Assembly (NCBI GenBank): GCA_025965715.1 | Contig: JAOPWJ010000053.1 | Location: 1,291 to 65,290, forward strand | Direction of reading: 5' to 3' | From: Blastococcus sp. | GTDB taxonomy: Bacteria; Actinomycetota; Actinomycetes; Mycobacteriales; Geodermatophilaceae | DNA length: 64,000 nt | Part shown: positions 28,235 to 38,338 of the stretch, piece after piece | Numbering within the stretch: the stretch's first letter is position 1 | How the letters are laid out: the number at the start of each line of letters is the position of its first letter | Notes under the pieces: generated by a model | What the model was told of the DNA's origin: nothing | The model's database searches: none | The model's input: the letters and a program-made list of their open reading frames with translations, nothing else | Program-made: the position numbers and the translations under genes

Positions 28235-28783
28235 TCAGGCGCCGGCGACGCCCGCGGCCACCTCGCTGGGCCGCTGCTGCTCGCCGGCGTAGGAGCTGAT
28301 CGCGACCAGCACACCGGTCAGGGCCGGAATGACCCACTGCAGGGTGTCGAGCTGCTCCTGAGCGGCCGCGACGTCGGCCTGCACGACCTTCGTCCGCTTG
28401 CTGGGCTTGGTCCCCCGCTTCGAGGGAACCGCGCCGGCGGCGGACACCCGCTGACCGAGGATGCGGCTGTAGGCCGTGGCGCCGAGGGCGGCGGCGGTGA
28501 CCAGGGTCTTGAGCGCCGCCATGCCCCCGACGCCCTTCTGCGCGGCGACCCGCTCCTTGTCGCCCAGGAGCTGCCCGACGCTGCCCACGAGGTGGGCGGC
28601 GATGGCGGCGGCGTTGACGGGGGTCCAGCGGTCCCAGCCGGCGTTGGTGACGGCGCCGGTGGCCGTGTCGCTGCCGGCTTCGGCGGCGGCGGCGTTCAGC
28701 GCGACGGCGTTGGCGAGGGTGCCGCCGAACCAGGCGGAGAGGCCGACGTCGTGCAACGTGCGGGACAGGGTGAGACGAGCCAT
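28235..28783 (-). CDS. conserved actinobacterial hypothetical membrane protein
   Basis: RTLHDVGLSAWFGG, NAGWDRWTPVNAAAI, LQWVIPALTG, GEQQRP; AGGAG RBS. Confidence 0.8.
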   Translation of the reverse strand: MARLTLSRTLHDVGLSAWFGGTLANAVALNAAAAEAGSDTATGAVTNAGWDRWTPVNAAAIAAHLVGSVGQLLGDKERVAAQKGVGGMAALKTLVTAAALGATAYSRILGQRVSAAGAVPSKRGTKPSKRTKVVQADVAAAQEQLDTLQWVIPALTGVLVAISSYAGEQQRPSEVAAGVAGA

Positions 28784-28864
28784 GGGTGTGCTCCTAGATT
28801 CGGTGAGGGGCCGGTCGGCACCTACCCGCTGGCCCCGTCCCCATGCCGATCGCACACCGGGGCA

Positions 28865-29131
28865 TCAGCCGTAGCGCAGGGCGGCCCGCTGCCGCGCCCT
28901 CACCGCCTCGATCTCGCGGTCCTTCGGCGGCGCGGTGGTCACCAGGGCGGCGAGGAGCCGGGCCGAGGCGGTGGCGACCTCCTCGACGGCACGATCGAAA
29001 GCCTCCACGTTGGCCCGCGAGGGCTTCGCGGTGCCGCTGATCTTGCGCACGTACTGCAGTGCCGCGGCACGGACCTCGTCGTCGGTGGCGGGCGGCTGGA
29101 AGTTGCTCAGCGTGCGGATGTTGCGGCACAT
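28865..29131 (-). CDS. DUF2277 domain protein
   Basis: MCRNIRTLSNFQPPATDDEVRAAALQYVRKISG. Confidence 0.92.
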   Translation of the reverse strand: MCRNIRTLSNFQPPATDDEVRAAALQYVRKISGTAKPSRANVEAFDRAVEEVATASARLLAALVTTAPPKDREIEAVRARQRAALRYG

Positions 29132-29216
29132 GCCCGCAGCCTAGGAGCGCGTGGCCTACCGCGAACAGCCCTCAGCCCCGGACAGCGGACCGTCCGGGGC
29201 CGAGGGAGCAGGTCGA

Positions 29217-29840
29217 CTACACGTCGAAGCCGGCGCGGTCCACCTTCCGGTGGTAGTGGTCGCCGAGCTTGCCGCCGAGAAGGGCCCCGAGCAGCGTCAC
29301 CAGCAGGATGGCGACGAGGGTGATGATGCCGGCTGTCGTCGCGGTGCCCTCGTCGATCGGGATGCGCGGGAGGTTGAGCTGCGCGAGCACGTTGTACTGC
29401 GAGCCCAGGATGGCCCCGGCCGCCGCCAGCACGAGGACGACGAGCAGTCCGATCACCCAGTCGGCGTTGCCCTGCCGCGCGCCGGCGAAGCGGGGCATCC
29501 GCCCCGCGACGTAGCCGCCGGCCAGGTAGGCGAGGAAGAGGATGACGAGAATGGCGATACCGCCCCCGATGCCGAGGGTCTGGGCCTGGTCGGCGGCCTC
29601 GCCGGCGGTGTCGACGTTGTTCGCGAGGCCGAGGGCCACGCCGGCGGCCGACAGCAGGGCGACGAGGATGACGGCCAGACCGTTGGCGGTGAGCCAGCCG
29701 AAGAACGCGGCGCCCCACTTGATGCCCCCGAAGCGGGCGTGCTGGGCGGCCACGGCGTCCCGCCCCGATCCGCGGGTGACGGTCGCGCCGTCGGTGCGCC
29801 GCTCGCTGGCGTCGTGGTCGTGGTGCGTGTGGTCGGCCAT
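29217..29840 (-). CDS. hypothetical membrane protein
   Basis: FGGIKWGAAFFGWL, YLAGGYVAGRM, YHRKVDR; four TM segments; AGGAGG RBS. Confidence 0.82.
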   Translation of the reverse strand: MADHTHHDHDASERRTDGATVTRGSGRDAVAAQHARFGGIKWGAAFFGWLTANGLAVILVALLSAAGVALGLANNVDTAGEAADQAQTLGIGGGIAILVILFLAYLAGGYVAGRMPRFAGARQGNADWVIGLLVVLVLAAAGAILGSQYNVLAQLNLPRIPIDEGTATTAGIITLVAILLVTLLGALLGGKLGDHYHRKVDRAGFDV

Positions 29841-29987
29841 GGGCCCTCCTCCGGGCGAGCGGGCCCGGTGGGGCCCGCGTGCGGTCGAGGAACGTGCATG
29901 CCCGGTGGGGGAGCGGGCAAACGATCGCTGCGGGCTGTCGCCCGGACGGGCGACAGCCCGGGTTCCGGTCGGGGAGGAGGAAGGCCG

Positions 29988-30395
29988 GTGACGGTGCTCC
30001 TGGTGGACGCCGCGAACGTCGTCGGTAGCCGTCCCGACGGCTGGTGGCGCGACCGTGCCGGCGCGACGATCCGGCTGCTGGAGCGGCTGGCCGGGCTGTC
30101 CGGGCAGCGGGTGACCGGCCCCGACGGAAGGCCGCTGGACTGCGTCCAGGTGGTCGCCGTCGTGGAGGGCCGGGCGCGGGAGGTGTCGGCTCCCGCCGGC
30201 GTGCGCGTCGTCCGGGCGCCGGGCAGCGGTGACGACGTGCTGGCCGCCACCGCGCAGGAACTGTCCGGCGACGGCCGGGCGGTGCTGGTGGTGACGGCGG
30301 ACCGTGGCCTGCGCGACCGCCTGCCCACGGGCGCGGCCGCCACCGGGCCGGGCTGGCTGCTGGACCGGCTCGACGCCCTCGAGGTGGACGCGTGA
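29988..30395 (+). CDS. NYN/PIN-like (YacP-like) domain protein
   Basis: LLVDAANVVGSRPDGWWRDRAGA, SGDD, VVTADRGLR acidic motifs. Confidence 0.8.
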   Translation: MTVLLVDAANVVGSRPDGWWRDRAGATIRLLERLAGLSGQRVTGPDGRPLDCVQVVAVVEGRAREVSAPAGVRVVRAPGSGDDVLAATAQELSGDGRAVLVVTADRGLRDRLPTGAAATGPGWLLDRLDALEVDA

Positions 30396-30442
30396 CAGGT
30401 CGGTTGCGCATGACATGGTCGGACGCCGGGTAGCCGCAGCGC

Positions 30443-31336
30443 ATGCCCCTTTCTTCCGGACGACCGGAGATCGTGCTCATCACGGGCGCCTCCAGCGGCA
30501 TCGGCCGCGCGACGGCGCTCGAGCTGGCGGGTCGCGGGGGGCGACTGGTCCTGGTGGCCCGTGGTCGCGAGGCCCTGGACGAGGCCGCCGCCGCGGCCCG
30601 CACCGCCGGTGCCGCGGACGTCGTCGTCTGCCCGGCGGACGTGACCGACGAGGAGGCGTTCCGCGGCGCGGTGGACGCCGCGGTCGCCCGGTTCGGCCGG
30701 CTCGACGCCGTCGTCCACGCCGCGCAGGTCATGGCCTACGGCACGATCGAAGAGCTGCCCCGCGACATCTTCGAGAGGGTCGTCGAGACCGCCGTCCACG
30801 GCACGGCCGTCGTCGCGCGGGTCGTCCTGCCCGTCTTCCGCGCGCAGGGCGCCGGCCACCTGCTGGTCGTCAACTCGCTGCTGGGCTCGGTGGCCACCCC
30901 GCTGATGGGCAGCTACGTCGTGGCGAAGTGGGGCCAGTTGGGGCTGGTGCGGGTGCTCCAGCAGGAGACCCGGGACGCTCCGGGGGTCAAGGTCTCGACG
31001 GTCCAGCCCGGGGGAGTGGACACCCCGATCTATTACCAGGCCGCGTCGTGGGTCGGCAGCACCGGTCGCCCGCCCCCGCCGGTGTACACGCCCCAGCACG
31101 TGGCGAGGCGGGTGCTCGCCACGTTGGACCGGCCCCGGCGCATGGTCCAGGCCGGCTTCCTGAACCCGGTGATCAAGGCGGGCTTCACGCTGTTCCCGGG
31201 GGTGTACGACTTCCTCGTCGGCCCGCTGATGCAGCGGTTGGCCATCGCGCACGACGACGTGCCGGCCACTGAGGGCAACGTCTTCGGCTCCCGCCCGGCG
31301 AAGAACGCGACCGAAGGGCGCTGGCACGGCATCTGA
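30443..31336 (+). CDS. SDR family oxidoreductase
   Basis: TGASSGIG; YVVAK catalytic motif; PGGVDTP. Confidence 0.9.
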   Translation: MPLSSGRPEIVLITGASSGIGRATALELAGRGGRLVLVARGREALDEAAAAARTAGAADVVVCPADVTDEEAFRGAVDAAVARFGRLDAVVHAAQVMAYGTIEELPRDIFERVVETAVHGTAVVARVVLPVFRAQGAGHLLVVNSLLGSVATPLMGSYVVAKWGQLGLVRVLQQETRDAPGVKVSTVQPGGVDTPIYYQAASWVGSTGRPPPPVYTPQHVARRVLATLDRPRRMVQAGFLNPVIKAGFTLFPGVYDFLVGPLMQRLAIAHDDVPATEGNVFGSRPAKNATEGRWHGI

Positions 31337-31378
31337 GCCGGGGTCCTCGCGCAGTAGGGGTCGAACGGCGGTAGCAGT

Positions 31379-31423
31379 GCCGTGGCGGAGGTGGTGCCTC
31401 AACACACCCCCCTCCGCCACGGC
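31379..31423. terminator. bidirectional hairpin terminator
   Basis: GCCGTGGCGGAGG...CCTCCGCCACGGC between convergent genes. Confidence 0.65.
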
Positions 31424-31443
31424 TCAGCCCCCTCAGTCACGGC

Positions 31444-33048
31444 TCAGCGGTCGGGCTCCGCTCGTCCGTCGCCGGAGGCGTGACGCTCCACCGACACCGC
31501 GTTGGTGAGTCCGTGGTGGTGGTGGGACTCCTCGATCTCGTGCGTGGCTTCCGCGAGGACGCTGGACACGGCCTTGCGGGGGAGGAGTCGCCGAACCAGC
31601 GGCCAGAGCAGGATCAGGCCGACGATGCAGTAGACGACGACCGAGATCGGCTCGAAGAGGCCGCCGACGTCGCCGTTGCTGATCTGCAGCGCCTGGCGGA
31701 GCTTCTGCTCGGCGAACGGGCCGAGGATCACGCCGATGATGCAGGGGAGCACCGGCAGGCCGTACCGCCGCATCATGAACCCGAGCGCGCCGATGACCAG
31801 CAGCAGGAAAAGGTCGAACGTGTTGGCGTTGGCCGCATAGGCGCCGAGGCTGGAGAAGAAGAGGATGCCCGCGTACAGGTAGGTGCGGGGGATCCGCAGG
31901 AGCCTCGCCCAGACCGGAGCGAGCGGCAGGTTGAGCACGAGCAGCACGGTGTTGCCGATGAAGAGGCTGGCGATGAGTCCCCAGACCAGTTCGGGCTCCT
32001 TGTCGAACAGCTGCGGGCCGGGCTCGATGCCGTAGCTCTGGATGGCTGCGAGCATGATCGCCGCGGTCGCGGTCGTCGGGATGCCCAGGGTGAGCATCGG
32101 CACGAGGCCACCGGCGGCCGAGGCGTTGTTGGTCGCCTCCGGGCCGGCCACACCCTCGATCGCGCCGTGACCGAACTCCTCGGGGTGCTTGGAGAGCCGC
32201 TTCTCCGTGACGTAGGAGAGGAAGGTGGGGATCTCCGCGCCTCCGGCGGGGATCGCGCCGAACGGGAAGCCGATGACGGTGCCGCGCAGCCATGGCTTCC
32301 ACGAACGGGCCCAGTCGTTACGGCTCATCCGCGGGTTGCCGACGGGAATCACCTCGATCGGCTTGCGGCGCAGGTGCGCCGCCGTCCACAACGCCTCACC
32401 CACGGCGAACAGACCGACGGCGACGACGATGACGTCGATGCCGTCGGCGATCTCCGGTATGCCGAAGGTGAGCCGCTGCTGCCCGGAGGTCTTGTCGATG
32501 CCGATCAGGCCGATGGTCAGGCCCAGGCCGAGCGCGGCCAGCCCCCGGATCCGGGAGCTCCCGAGCACCGATGTCACCGCGATGAAGGCCAGCAGCATGA
32601 TCGCGAAGAAGTCGGCGGGCGAGACCTGTACCGCCAGGTCGGCGACGGAGGGGGCAAGGAGCGCCAGCAGCAGGGTGGCGATGGTCCCGGCGACGAACGA
32701 CCCGATGGCTGCGGTCGCCAGGGCCTGCGCGGCGCGACCGGCCTTGGCCATCTTGTTTCCCTCGATGGCCGTGACCACCGACGCGCTCTCGCCGGGGGTG
32801 TTCAGCAGGATCGACGTCGTCGACCCGCCGTACATGCCGCCGTAGTAGATGCCCGCGAACATGATGAGCGCGCTGGTGACGTCCAGGCCGCGGGTGAGCG
32901 GCAGGAGCAGGGCGATCGTCATGGCCGGGCCGATGCCCGGCAGCACGCCGATCGCGGTGCCGAGGAGGACGCCGACGAAGGCGTACAGCAGGTTCCCGGG
33001 CGTGAGCGCGGTCCCGAACCCGTCGACCAGCTGGTTCAACGCGTCCAT
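31444..33048 (-). CDS. tctA: tripartite tricarboxylate transporter, large permease
   Basis: [45 protein letters not shown]. Confidence 0.95.
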   Translation of the reverse strand: MDALNQLVDGFGTALTPGNLLYAFVGVLLGTAIGVLPGIGPAMTIALLLPLTRGLDVTSALIMFAGIYYGGMYGGSTTSILLNTPGESASVVTAIEGNKMAKAGRAAQALATAAIGSFVAGTIATLLLALLAPSVADLAVQVSPADFFAIMLLAFIAVTSVLGSSRIRGLAALGLGLTIGLIGIDKTSGQQRLTFGIPEIADGIDVIVVAVGLFAVGEALWTAAHLRRKPIEVIPVGNPRMSRNDWARSWKPWLRGTVIGFPFGAIPAGGAEIPTFLSYVTEKRLSKHPEEFGHGAIEGVAGPEATNNASAAGGLVPMLTLGIPTTATAAIMLAAIQSYGIEPGPQLFDKEPELVWGLIASLFIGNTVLLVLNLPLAPVWARLLRIPRTYLYAGILFFSSLGAYAANANTFDLFLLLVIGALGFMMRRYGLPVLPCIIGVILGPFAEQKLRQALQISNGDVGGLFEPISVVVYCIVGLILLWPLVRRLLPRKAVSSVLAEATHEIEESHHHHGLTNAVSVERHASGDGRAEPDR

Positions 33049-33560
33049 CAGAGGATGCCCTTCAGGATGCCGACGGGCAGGAGCACATTGAGGCCGAAGA
33101 AGAACAGGTACCAGGAGCCGAAGGACAGGACGAGCGCGATCGCCGCGTCCCGGACGTAGTGCCGGCTGCCGAGTGCGAAGGCCGATCCCCAGAACAGGAT
33201 CGCGCCGGAGAAGGGCCAGCCGAGAGGCTCGATCAGCAGGGCGTTGGAGACGAACGCCGCCGCGAGCATGAGGACCGTGCGCCAGTCGCTGCCTCCGGTG
33301 AGCTCGACGTCCTCGCCGCCCTCCGGTTCACCACGGCCACCGCGGGCCACGTCGAGGGCGAGGAAACCGGCGACGATCACCAGCATGCTGCCGACGACGA
33401 CCGGAACGGCGCCGGGGCCCACGGGTCCGCGGGCGATCCGGCTCTCCGGCAGGAGCAGCGCCTGGACGATGACGAGGAGCCCGAGAGCCCCCAGGAACAG
33501 GGCCACTCCGTACTCGGAGCGGCCCTGCTCCCGGGTGCCGCCGGGGGCGGCAGAACTCAT
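33048..33560 (-). CDS. tctB: tripartite tricarboxylate transporter, small permease
   Basis: four TM segments; GPVGP; C-terminal LPVGIL; lies between tctC and tctA with overlaps. Confidence 0.9.
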   Translation of the reverse strand: MSSAAPGGTREQGRSEYGVALFLGALGLLVIVQALLLPESRIARGPVGPGAVPVVVGSMLVIVAGFLALDVARGGRGEPEGGEDVELTGGSDWRTVLMLAAAFVSNALLIEPLGWPFSGAILFWGSAFALGSRHYVRDAAIALVLSFGSWYLFFFGLNVLLPVGILKGIL

Positions 33561-34573
33561 GCCAGGCCCAGCTCGCTCATCACGGACTGGACGCGGCCGC
33601 TCTCGTCGTCGAGGAACGAGGCGAAGTCGTCGCCGGTCAGGAAGGCGTCGGTCCAGCCCTGGGTCTCCAGGGTCTTCGTCCACGCGTCACTGTCGTGCAT
33701 CGTGGTGACCGCGTCGATCCACTTCTGGGTGTCGTCGGCCGAGATGCCGGGGGGCGCCACGATGCCGCGCCAGTTGGCGAAGACCAGGTCGACGCCCTCG
33801 TCGGTCAGGGTCGGCGCGTCGACGCCCTCGACCGCCTCCTCGCTGGTCACGGCCAGGATCCGGACCTTGCCGCCGTCCGCCGCTTCGGTGACCTCGCCGA
33901 TGCCGGTCGCGGCGAAGGCCACGTCCCCGCCGAGGACGCCGGCCAACAGCTCGCCGCCGCCGTCGTAGGCGACGTAGTTCACGTCGGCCGGCTGCACGCC
34001 GACCTCCTGGGCCAGCAGCATCGGGGTCAGGTGGTCGGGGCCACCGGGGTTGGAGGCGCCGCCCACCGGGGTGTTGCCCGGGTCGGCCTTCCAGGCGGTG
34101 ACGAGGTCCTCGAGGGTCGTGTAGGGCGACTCGGCCGGGACGACGATCGCCTCGGCCTCCTCGATCAGCTTGGCGACCGGGGTGGTCTGGTCCAGGGTGG
34201 CCTCGGACTGGTTGCTGAACTGGGCGCCGACGACGCCCAGGCCCATCTGCATGAGCATGTCGGCGTTGCCCTTCTCGTTGACCAGCCGCTGCAGGCCGAC
34301 GGTGCCACCGGCACCCTCGAGGTTGAAGACCTCGACGCCCTTGGCGAGGTTCTCGTCCTCCATCACGCGGGCGACCTCGCGGGCGGTGGTGTCGTAACCG
34401 CTGCCGGCGGAGTTGGGAACCATGAAGCGCAGCCCGGTGATGGGGCCGTCGCTGCCGCTGCCCGAGGCCGAGCCGCCCTCGGCGGTCGTGCCGCAACCGG
34501 TGAGTACGAGCCCGGCGGCGAGGCCACTGCTGATGGCGCCGACGGTGAGCTTCCGCAGGGAAGCAGTGCGCAT
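33557..34573 (-). CDS. tctC: tripartite tricarboxylate transporter substrate-binding lipoprotein (Bug family)
   Basis: lipobox LTGC; PNSAGSGYDTTAR, NLEGAGGTVG, GGPDHL, YDGGGE, NWRG. Confidence 0.93.
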   Translation of the reverse strand: MRTASLRKLTVGAISSGLAAGLVLTGCGTTAEGGSASGSGSDGPITGLRFMVPNSAGSGYDTTAREVARVMEDENLAKGVEVFNLEGAGGTVGLQRLVNEKGNADMLMQMGLGVVGAQFSNQSEATLDQTTPVAKLIEEAEAIVVPAESPYTTLEDLVTAWKADPGNTPVGGASNPGGPDHLTPMLLAQEVGVQPADVNYVAYDGGGELLAGVLGGDVAFAATGIGEVTEAADGGKVRILAVTSEEAVEGVDAPTLTDEGVDLVFANWRGIVAPPGISADDTQKWIDAVTTMHDSDAWTKTLETQGWTDAFLTGDDFASFLDDESGRVQSVMSELGLA

Positions 34574-34653
34574 CTTGTCCTCCTGTGTGTCCGGTGGATG
34601 ACCACCGCGTAAAGAGGACGATGGGCATCGCAGTGGGCCGTGTCACCCTTGAG

Positions 34654-34690
34654 TGCGCAATGACCTTTGTGGTCGTTGTGTCCACGGTTC
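34654..34690 (-). promoter_or_regulatory. putative response-regulator site shared with 37124-37157
   Basis: minus strand GAACCGTGGACACAACGACCACAAAGGTCATTGCGCA. Confidence 0.5.
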
Positions 34691-34753
34691 GCCCGCCGGA
34701 CGCGGGTGCTGAACTGGGTCGCCCACCCACGCATTGGACGTCAGGAGAAGCAG

Positions 34754-36364
34754 ATGACCCGGCGGCTGTCGCTGGCCGGCCAGCTGCTCGCGCTGCAGGT
34801 GGTCGTCATCTGCGTCGTCCTCGTCGGCGTCACGGCGGTGAGCGTGGCCCAGGCGATGCAGCGGGGTGAGCAGTCCGAGGGGCGTAGTGCGACCGCCATC
34901 GCCGAGACGCTGGCCAACGCCCGGGCGACGAGGGCAGCCATGGACCATGGGGAGACCGACTACATCCGCGTGGCGGCCGAGAGCATGCGCAGCGCCTCGG
35001 GCTCGGATTCGGTGGTGGTGGCGCGCGCTGACCGCACCGTCGTGGCCACGGCGGACCCCAGCCAGTTGAGCACCCGGTACGACATCGGGGACAGCACCGT
35101 CCTCGAGGGCCGGTCCTGGGTGGGCGACACGACGATCGACGGCAGCCGCGCCGCGGTGGCCATGGCGCCGATCCTCGCCTCCCGTGGACCGGACGTGCTC
35201 GGCTTCGTCGCGGTGGTGCGCCCCTATCCCGGCGTCGTGGACGCTCTGGCGGACGCGGCGCCGAACCTGTTGACCTACCTCGGGCTGGCCAGTGTCATCG
35301 GCATCCTCGGATCACTGCTCGTCGCCCGGCGCGTGAAGCGCCAGACCCTCGGGATGGAACCGGCGGAGATCGCCGGGCTGGTCGAGCACCGCGACGCGAT
35401 GCTGCACGGCATCCGCGAGGGAGTGGTGGGGCTGGACCTGCGTGGTCGCGTCACCCTGATCAACGACGAGGCGGTGCGGCTGCTGCGCATTCCTGGCGAC
35501 GCCCTCGGCCGCACCCTGGACGACCTCGGTGTCGGGGAGGACATGCGCGACGCCCTGCTCTCCGAGACCGTCGAGCGGGATCGGGCCGTCGCCAGCGCCG
35601 GGCGCGTGCTCGTGGTGAACCGGCTGCCCATCGCCAGCCGGGGCCGGCCGATCGGATCGGTCACCACCCTCCGCGACCGCACCGAGCTGCTCGAGCTGCG
35701 CCGCGAGCTGGACCTCACCCGGCACGTCACCGACACCCTGCGCGCCCAGGCGCACGAGTTCAGCAACCGGCTGCACACCATCGCCGGCCTGATCGAACTC
35801 GGCGAGGCCGACGAGGCGGTCCGCTTCGTGCACCGGGTCAGTTCCAGTCGCTCCGATCTCGCCGAGGCGGTCACGGCCGCCGTCCGCGACCCGTCGGTCG
35901 CCGCACTGCTGATCGCCAAGGCCAGCCAGGCCGCCGAGCTGGGCGTCGAGCTCCGGATCGAGCCGGATTCCTCCCTGCCGGTGCTGGACGACGAGCTCAG
36001 CACCGACGTGGTCACCGTCGTCGGCAACCTGGTGGACAACGCCCTGGACGCCGCCTCCTCGGCGGCGGAGCGCTGGGTCGAGGTGGCCCTGGGCCTGGTG
36101 GACGGCGAGGTCGACATCGTGGTCCGCGACTCCGGGGCCGGCGTGCCCCCCGGGATGGAGCGGGAGGTCTTCCGCCGCGGGATGTCGACCAAGCAGGCCT
36201 CGGAGCGGTCCACGAGCGGTACGCCGGCGGGCGAGCGCGGCATCGGCCTGGCCCTGGTGCACCTGGTGTGCACCCGGCGGGGCGGGGACGTCACGGCGTC
36301 CTCCCTGGGAGGGTCCACGTTCGCGGCCCGGCTGCCCGTCGACACCGCGCTGGTGCGCTCGTGA
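34754..36364 (+). CDS. CitA/DcuS-type sensor histidine kinase
   Basis: sCache-like sensor, PAS (GIREGVVG), LRAQAHEFSNRLH H-box, GNLVDNA, DSGAG, GIGL. Confidence 0.93.
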   Translation: MTRRLSLAGQLLALQVVVICVVLVGVTAVSVAQAMQRGEQSEGRSATAIAETLANARATRAAMDHGETDYIRVAAESMRSASGSDSVVVARADRTVVATADPSQLSTRYDIGDSTVLEGRSWVGDTTIDGSRAAVAMAPILASRGPDVLGFVAVVRPYPGVVDALADAAPNLLTYLGLASVIGILGSLLVARRVKRQTLGMEPAEIAGLVEHRDAMLHGIREGVVGLDLRGRVTLINDEAVRLLRIPGDALGRTLDDLGVGEDMRDALLSETVERDRAVASAGRVLVVNRLPIASRGRPIGSVTTLRDRTELLELRRELDLTRHVTDTLRAQAHEFSNRLHTIAGLIELGEADEAVRFVHRVSSSRSDLAEAVTAAVRDPSVAALLIAKASQAAELGVELRIEPDSSLPVLDDELSTDVVTVVGNLVDNALDAASSAAERWVEVALGLVDGEVDIVVRDSGAGVPPGMEREVFRRGMSTKQASERSTSGTPAGERGIGLALVHLVCTRRGGDVTASSLGGSTFAARLPVDTALVRS

Positions 36365-37056
36365 TCGGCGTCTTCATCGTCGACGACGACTTCATGGTCG
36401 CCAAGGTCCACAGCGGCTTCGTCGCAGCTCTCGACGGCTTCGAGGTCGTGGGCAGCGCGTCGACCGGCGGCGACGCGATTCAGGACATCCAGCGGCTGCG
36501 GCCCGACCTGGTGCTGCTGGACGTCTACCTGCCCGACATGACCGGTCTCGACGTGCTCCGCCAGCTGCGGGCCGCCGGCTCGCCGTCCGACGTCATCGTG
36601 ATCAGCGCCGCGCGGGACGTCGACAGCATCAAGAGCGCCCTGCACGGCGGGGTCCTCCACTACCTGGTGAAGCCCTTCGGCCGCCGCACCTTCGAGGCGC
36701 GACTGCGCGACTACGCGGCCCTTCGCGGCCGGCTGCAGGAACTCGACGAGGTGGGACAGGAAGACGTCGACCGCCTCTTCGGCGGCACCAACGCGACGAC
36801 GCCGGCGGTGCCGGTCACGCCCAAGGGCATCAGCCCGGAGACCCTGGAGCTGGTCCGCGGCGCGCTCACGGACGCCGGGGCCGAGGGGCTCTCGGCCACG
36901 GAGTGCAGTGAGCGGACCGGTCTGGCGCGGGTCAGCGCGCGGCGCTACCTGGAGCAGCTGGTGGCCGATCAGCAGGCCGACGTCCGTCAGCGCTACGGCA
37001 CCGCGGGACGGCCCGAGCGCCGGTTCACCCTGCGCGCCGGCCGCCGCCCGGTCTGA
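36361..37056 (+). CDS. CitB/DcuR-type response regulator
   Basis: VDDDFMVA, LLDVYLPD, YLVKPF, RVSARRYLE, YGTAGRP. Confidence 0.93.
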   Translation: MIGVFIVDDDFMVAKVHSGFVAALDGFEVVGSASTGGDAIQDIQRLRPDLVLLDVYLPDMTGLDVLRQLRAAGSPSDVIVISAARDVDSIKSALHGGVLHYLVKPFGRRTFEARLRDYAALRGRLQELDEVGQEDVDRLFGGTNATTPAVPVTPKGISPETLELVRGALTDAGAEGLSATECSERTGLARVSARRYLEQLVADQQADVRQRYGTAGRPERRFTLRAGRRPV

Positions 37057-37060
37057 CGGA

Positions 37061-37112
37061 GGACCCCTGCCCCGGACGAGCACTGGCTCGCGGCGGAACC
37101 CTGCGGGTGGCG
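37061..37112 (+). repeat. REP-like palindromic repeat, copy B (degenerate)
   Basis: GGACCCCTGCCCCGGACGAGCACTGGCTCGCGGCGGAACCCTGCGGGTGGCG. Confidence 0.5.
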
Positions 37113-37123
37113 TTGGTCGGGGT

Positions 37124-37157
37124 GAACGCAAGGACCACAACGACCCTTAGCTGCGCA
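37124..37157 (+). promoter_or_regulatory. putative response-regulator site upstream of usp
   Basis: GAACGCAAGGACCACAACGACCCTTAGCTGCGCA resembles the site upstream of tctC. Confidence 0.5.
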
Positions 37158-37195
37158 ATGCAGACGTTGCAGGGTGGGTCCGCGAGGCTGCCCCC

Positions 37196-37591
37196 ATGAC
37201 CATCGTCGTGGGCTTCGTTCCCAGTCCCGAGGGCGAGGCCGCCCTGTCGGCCGCTCTCACCGAGGCGCAGCGCCGTCAGGAGCCGCTGCACATCGTCAAC
37301 AGTTCCCGAGGTGACTCCCTGAGCGACAGCCGGTTCGCCTCCGAACCGGTCCTCGACGAGGTGCGCGCCCGGTTGGACTCGGAGGGCGTCGTCTACGAGA
37401 TCGAGCAGCTCGTCCGCGGCCACGAGGCGTCGGAGGAGCTGGTCGAGGCCGCTGACCGGGTCAAGGCGAGCCTGCTGGTCATCGGTCTGCGCCGCCGTAC
37501 CGCCACGGGCAAGCTGATCACCGGCAGCCAGGCGCAGCGGATCCTGCTCGACGCGCACTGCCCCGTCCTGGCGGTGAAGGCCTCCTACTGA
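37196..37591 (+). CDS. universal stress protein (copy 1)
   Basis: MTIVVGFVP; VIGLRRRTATGKLITGSQAQRILLDAHCPVLAVK. Confidence 0.92.
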   Translation: MTIVVGFVPSPEGEAALSAALTEAQRRQEPLHIVNSSRGDSLSDSRFASEPVLDEVRARLDSEGVVYEIEQLVRGHEASEELVEAADRVKASLLVIGLRRRTATGKLITGSQAQRILLDAHCPVLAVKASY

Positions 37592-37594
37592 CGC

Positions 37595-37644
37595 GGGGCC
37601 CCTGTCCCCACCGCGCAGGCCCGCGGCGGAACCTGCAGGGGGCT
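37595..37644 (+). repeat. REP-like palindromic repeat, copy C
   Basis: GGGGCCCCTGTCCCCACCGCGCAGGCCCGCGGCGGAACCTGCAGGGGGCT. Confidence 0.6.
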
Positions 37645-37645
37645 C

Positions 37646-38338
37646 TCAGGTGATCACGTCGAGCCCGGCGCCGGGGCCGCTGAGCAGGGTCGCGAGGATC
37701 GTGTCGACGCTCCGCGCCAGGTGGTCGGTGCACGCCGAGGCGGCCTCGTCGGCGTCGCCGGCCAGCAGGGCGTCGACCATGCGCAGGTGCTCGACGACGG
37801 ACACCTCGATGCGCCGCGGATCGGCGTGGGAGAGGTTGCGCAGCCGTGCGGTGTGCGGCCGCAGCTCGGCGATCGTCCGGCGCAGGTGCTCGTTCCGGGT
37901 GGCACCGACGACGGTCCAGTCGAAGCGGTCGGCGAGGGCGTAGAAGGCGGTCGAGCGCGCCGGTGACGCGGCCCGCCGCCCGATCCGCGACAGGTCTGCC
38001 CGCAGCCGCGTGAGGGCCGTGCGCAGGTCGCCGTCGGTGCCCACCGCCTGGGCCGCCGAACGCATCGCCTCCGGCTCGAGCAGGGCGCGGAAGGCGAACA
38101 GATCGCGCACGCTCTGCATCGAGATCCGGGAGACACGGGCCGCCTGCCGGGGCGCGAGGTCGACCAGCCCCGCGGCGGCCAGCCGCCGGAGGGCCTCCCG
38201 GACCGGTGTCCGGGACGCGCCGGTCCGCTCGACCAGCGCGACCTCGCCGAGGGGCGTCCCGGGAACGAGCTCTCCCGCCTCGATCTGCGCCCTGAGCTGC
38301 CGGTAGACCGCTTCCGCCTTTCCGGTCGGGGCGGTCAT
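37646..38338 (-). CDS. GntR family regulator (FCD domain)
   Basis: AVYRQLRAQIEAGELVPG, ASRTPVREALRRL, SVVEHLRMVDAL. Confidence 0.9.
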   Translation of the reverse strand: MTAPTGKAEAVYRQLRAQIEAGELVPGTPLGEVALVERTGASRTPVREALRRLAAAGLVDLAPRQAARVSRISMQSVRDLFAFRALLEPEAMRSAAQAVGTDGDLRTALTRLRADLSRIGRRAASPARSTAFYALADRFDWTVVGATRNEHLRRTIAELRPHTARLRNLSHADPRRIEVSVVEHLRMVDALLAGDADEAASACTDHLARSVDTILATLLSGPGAGLDVIT

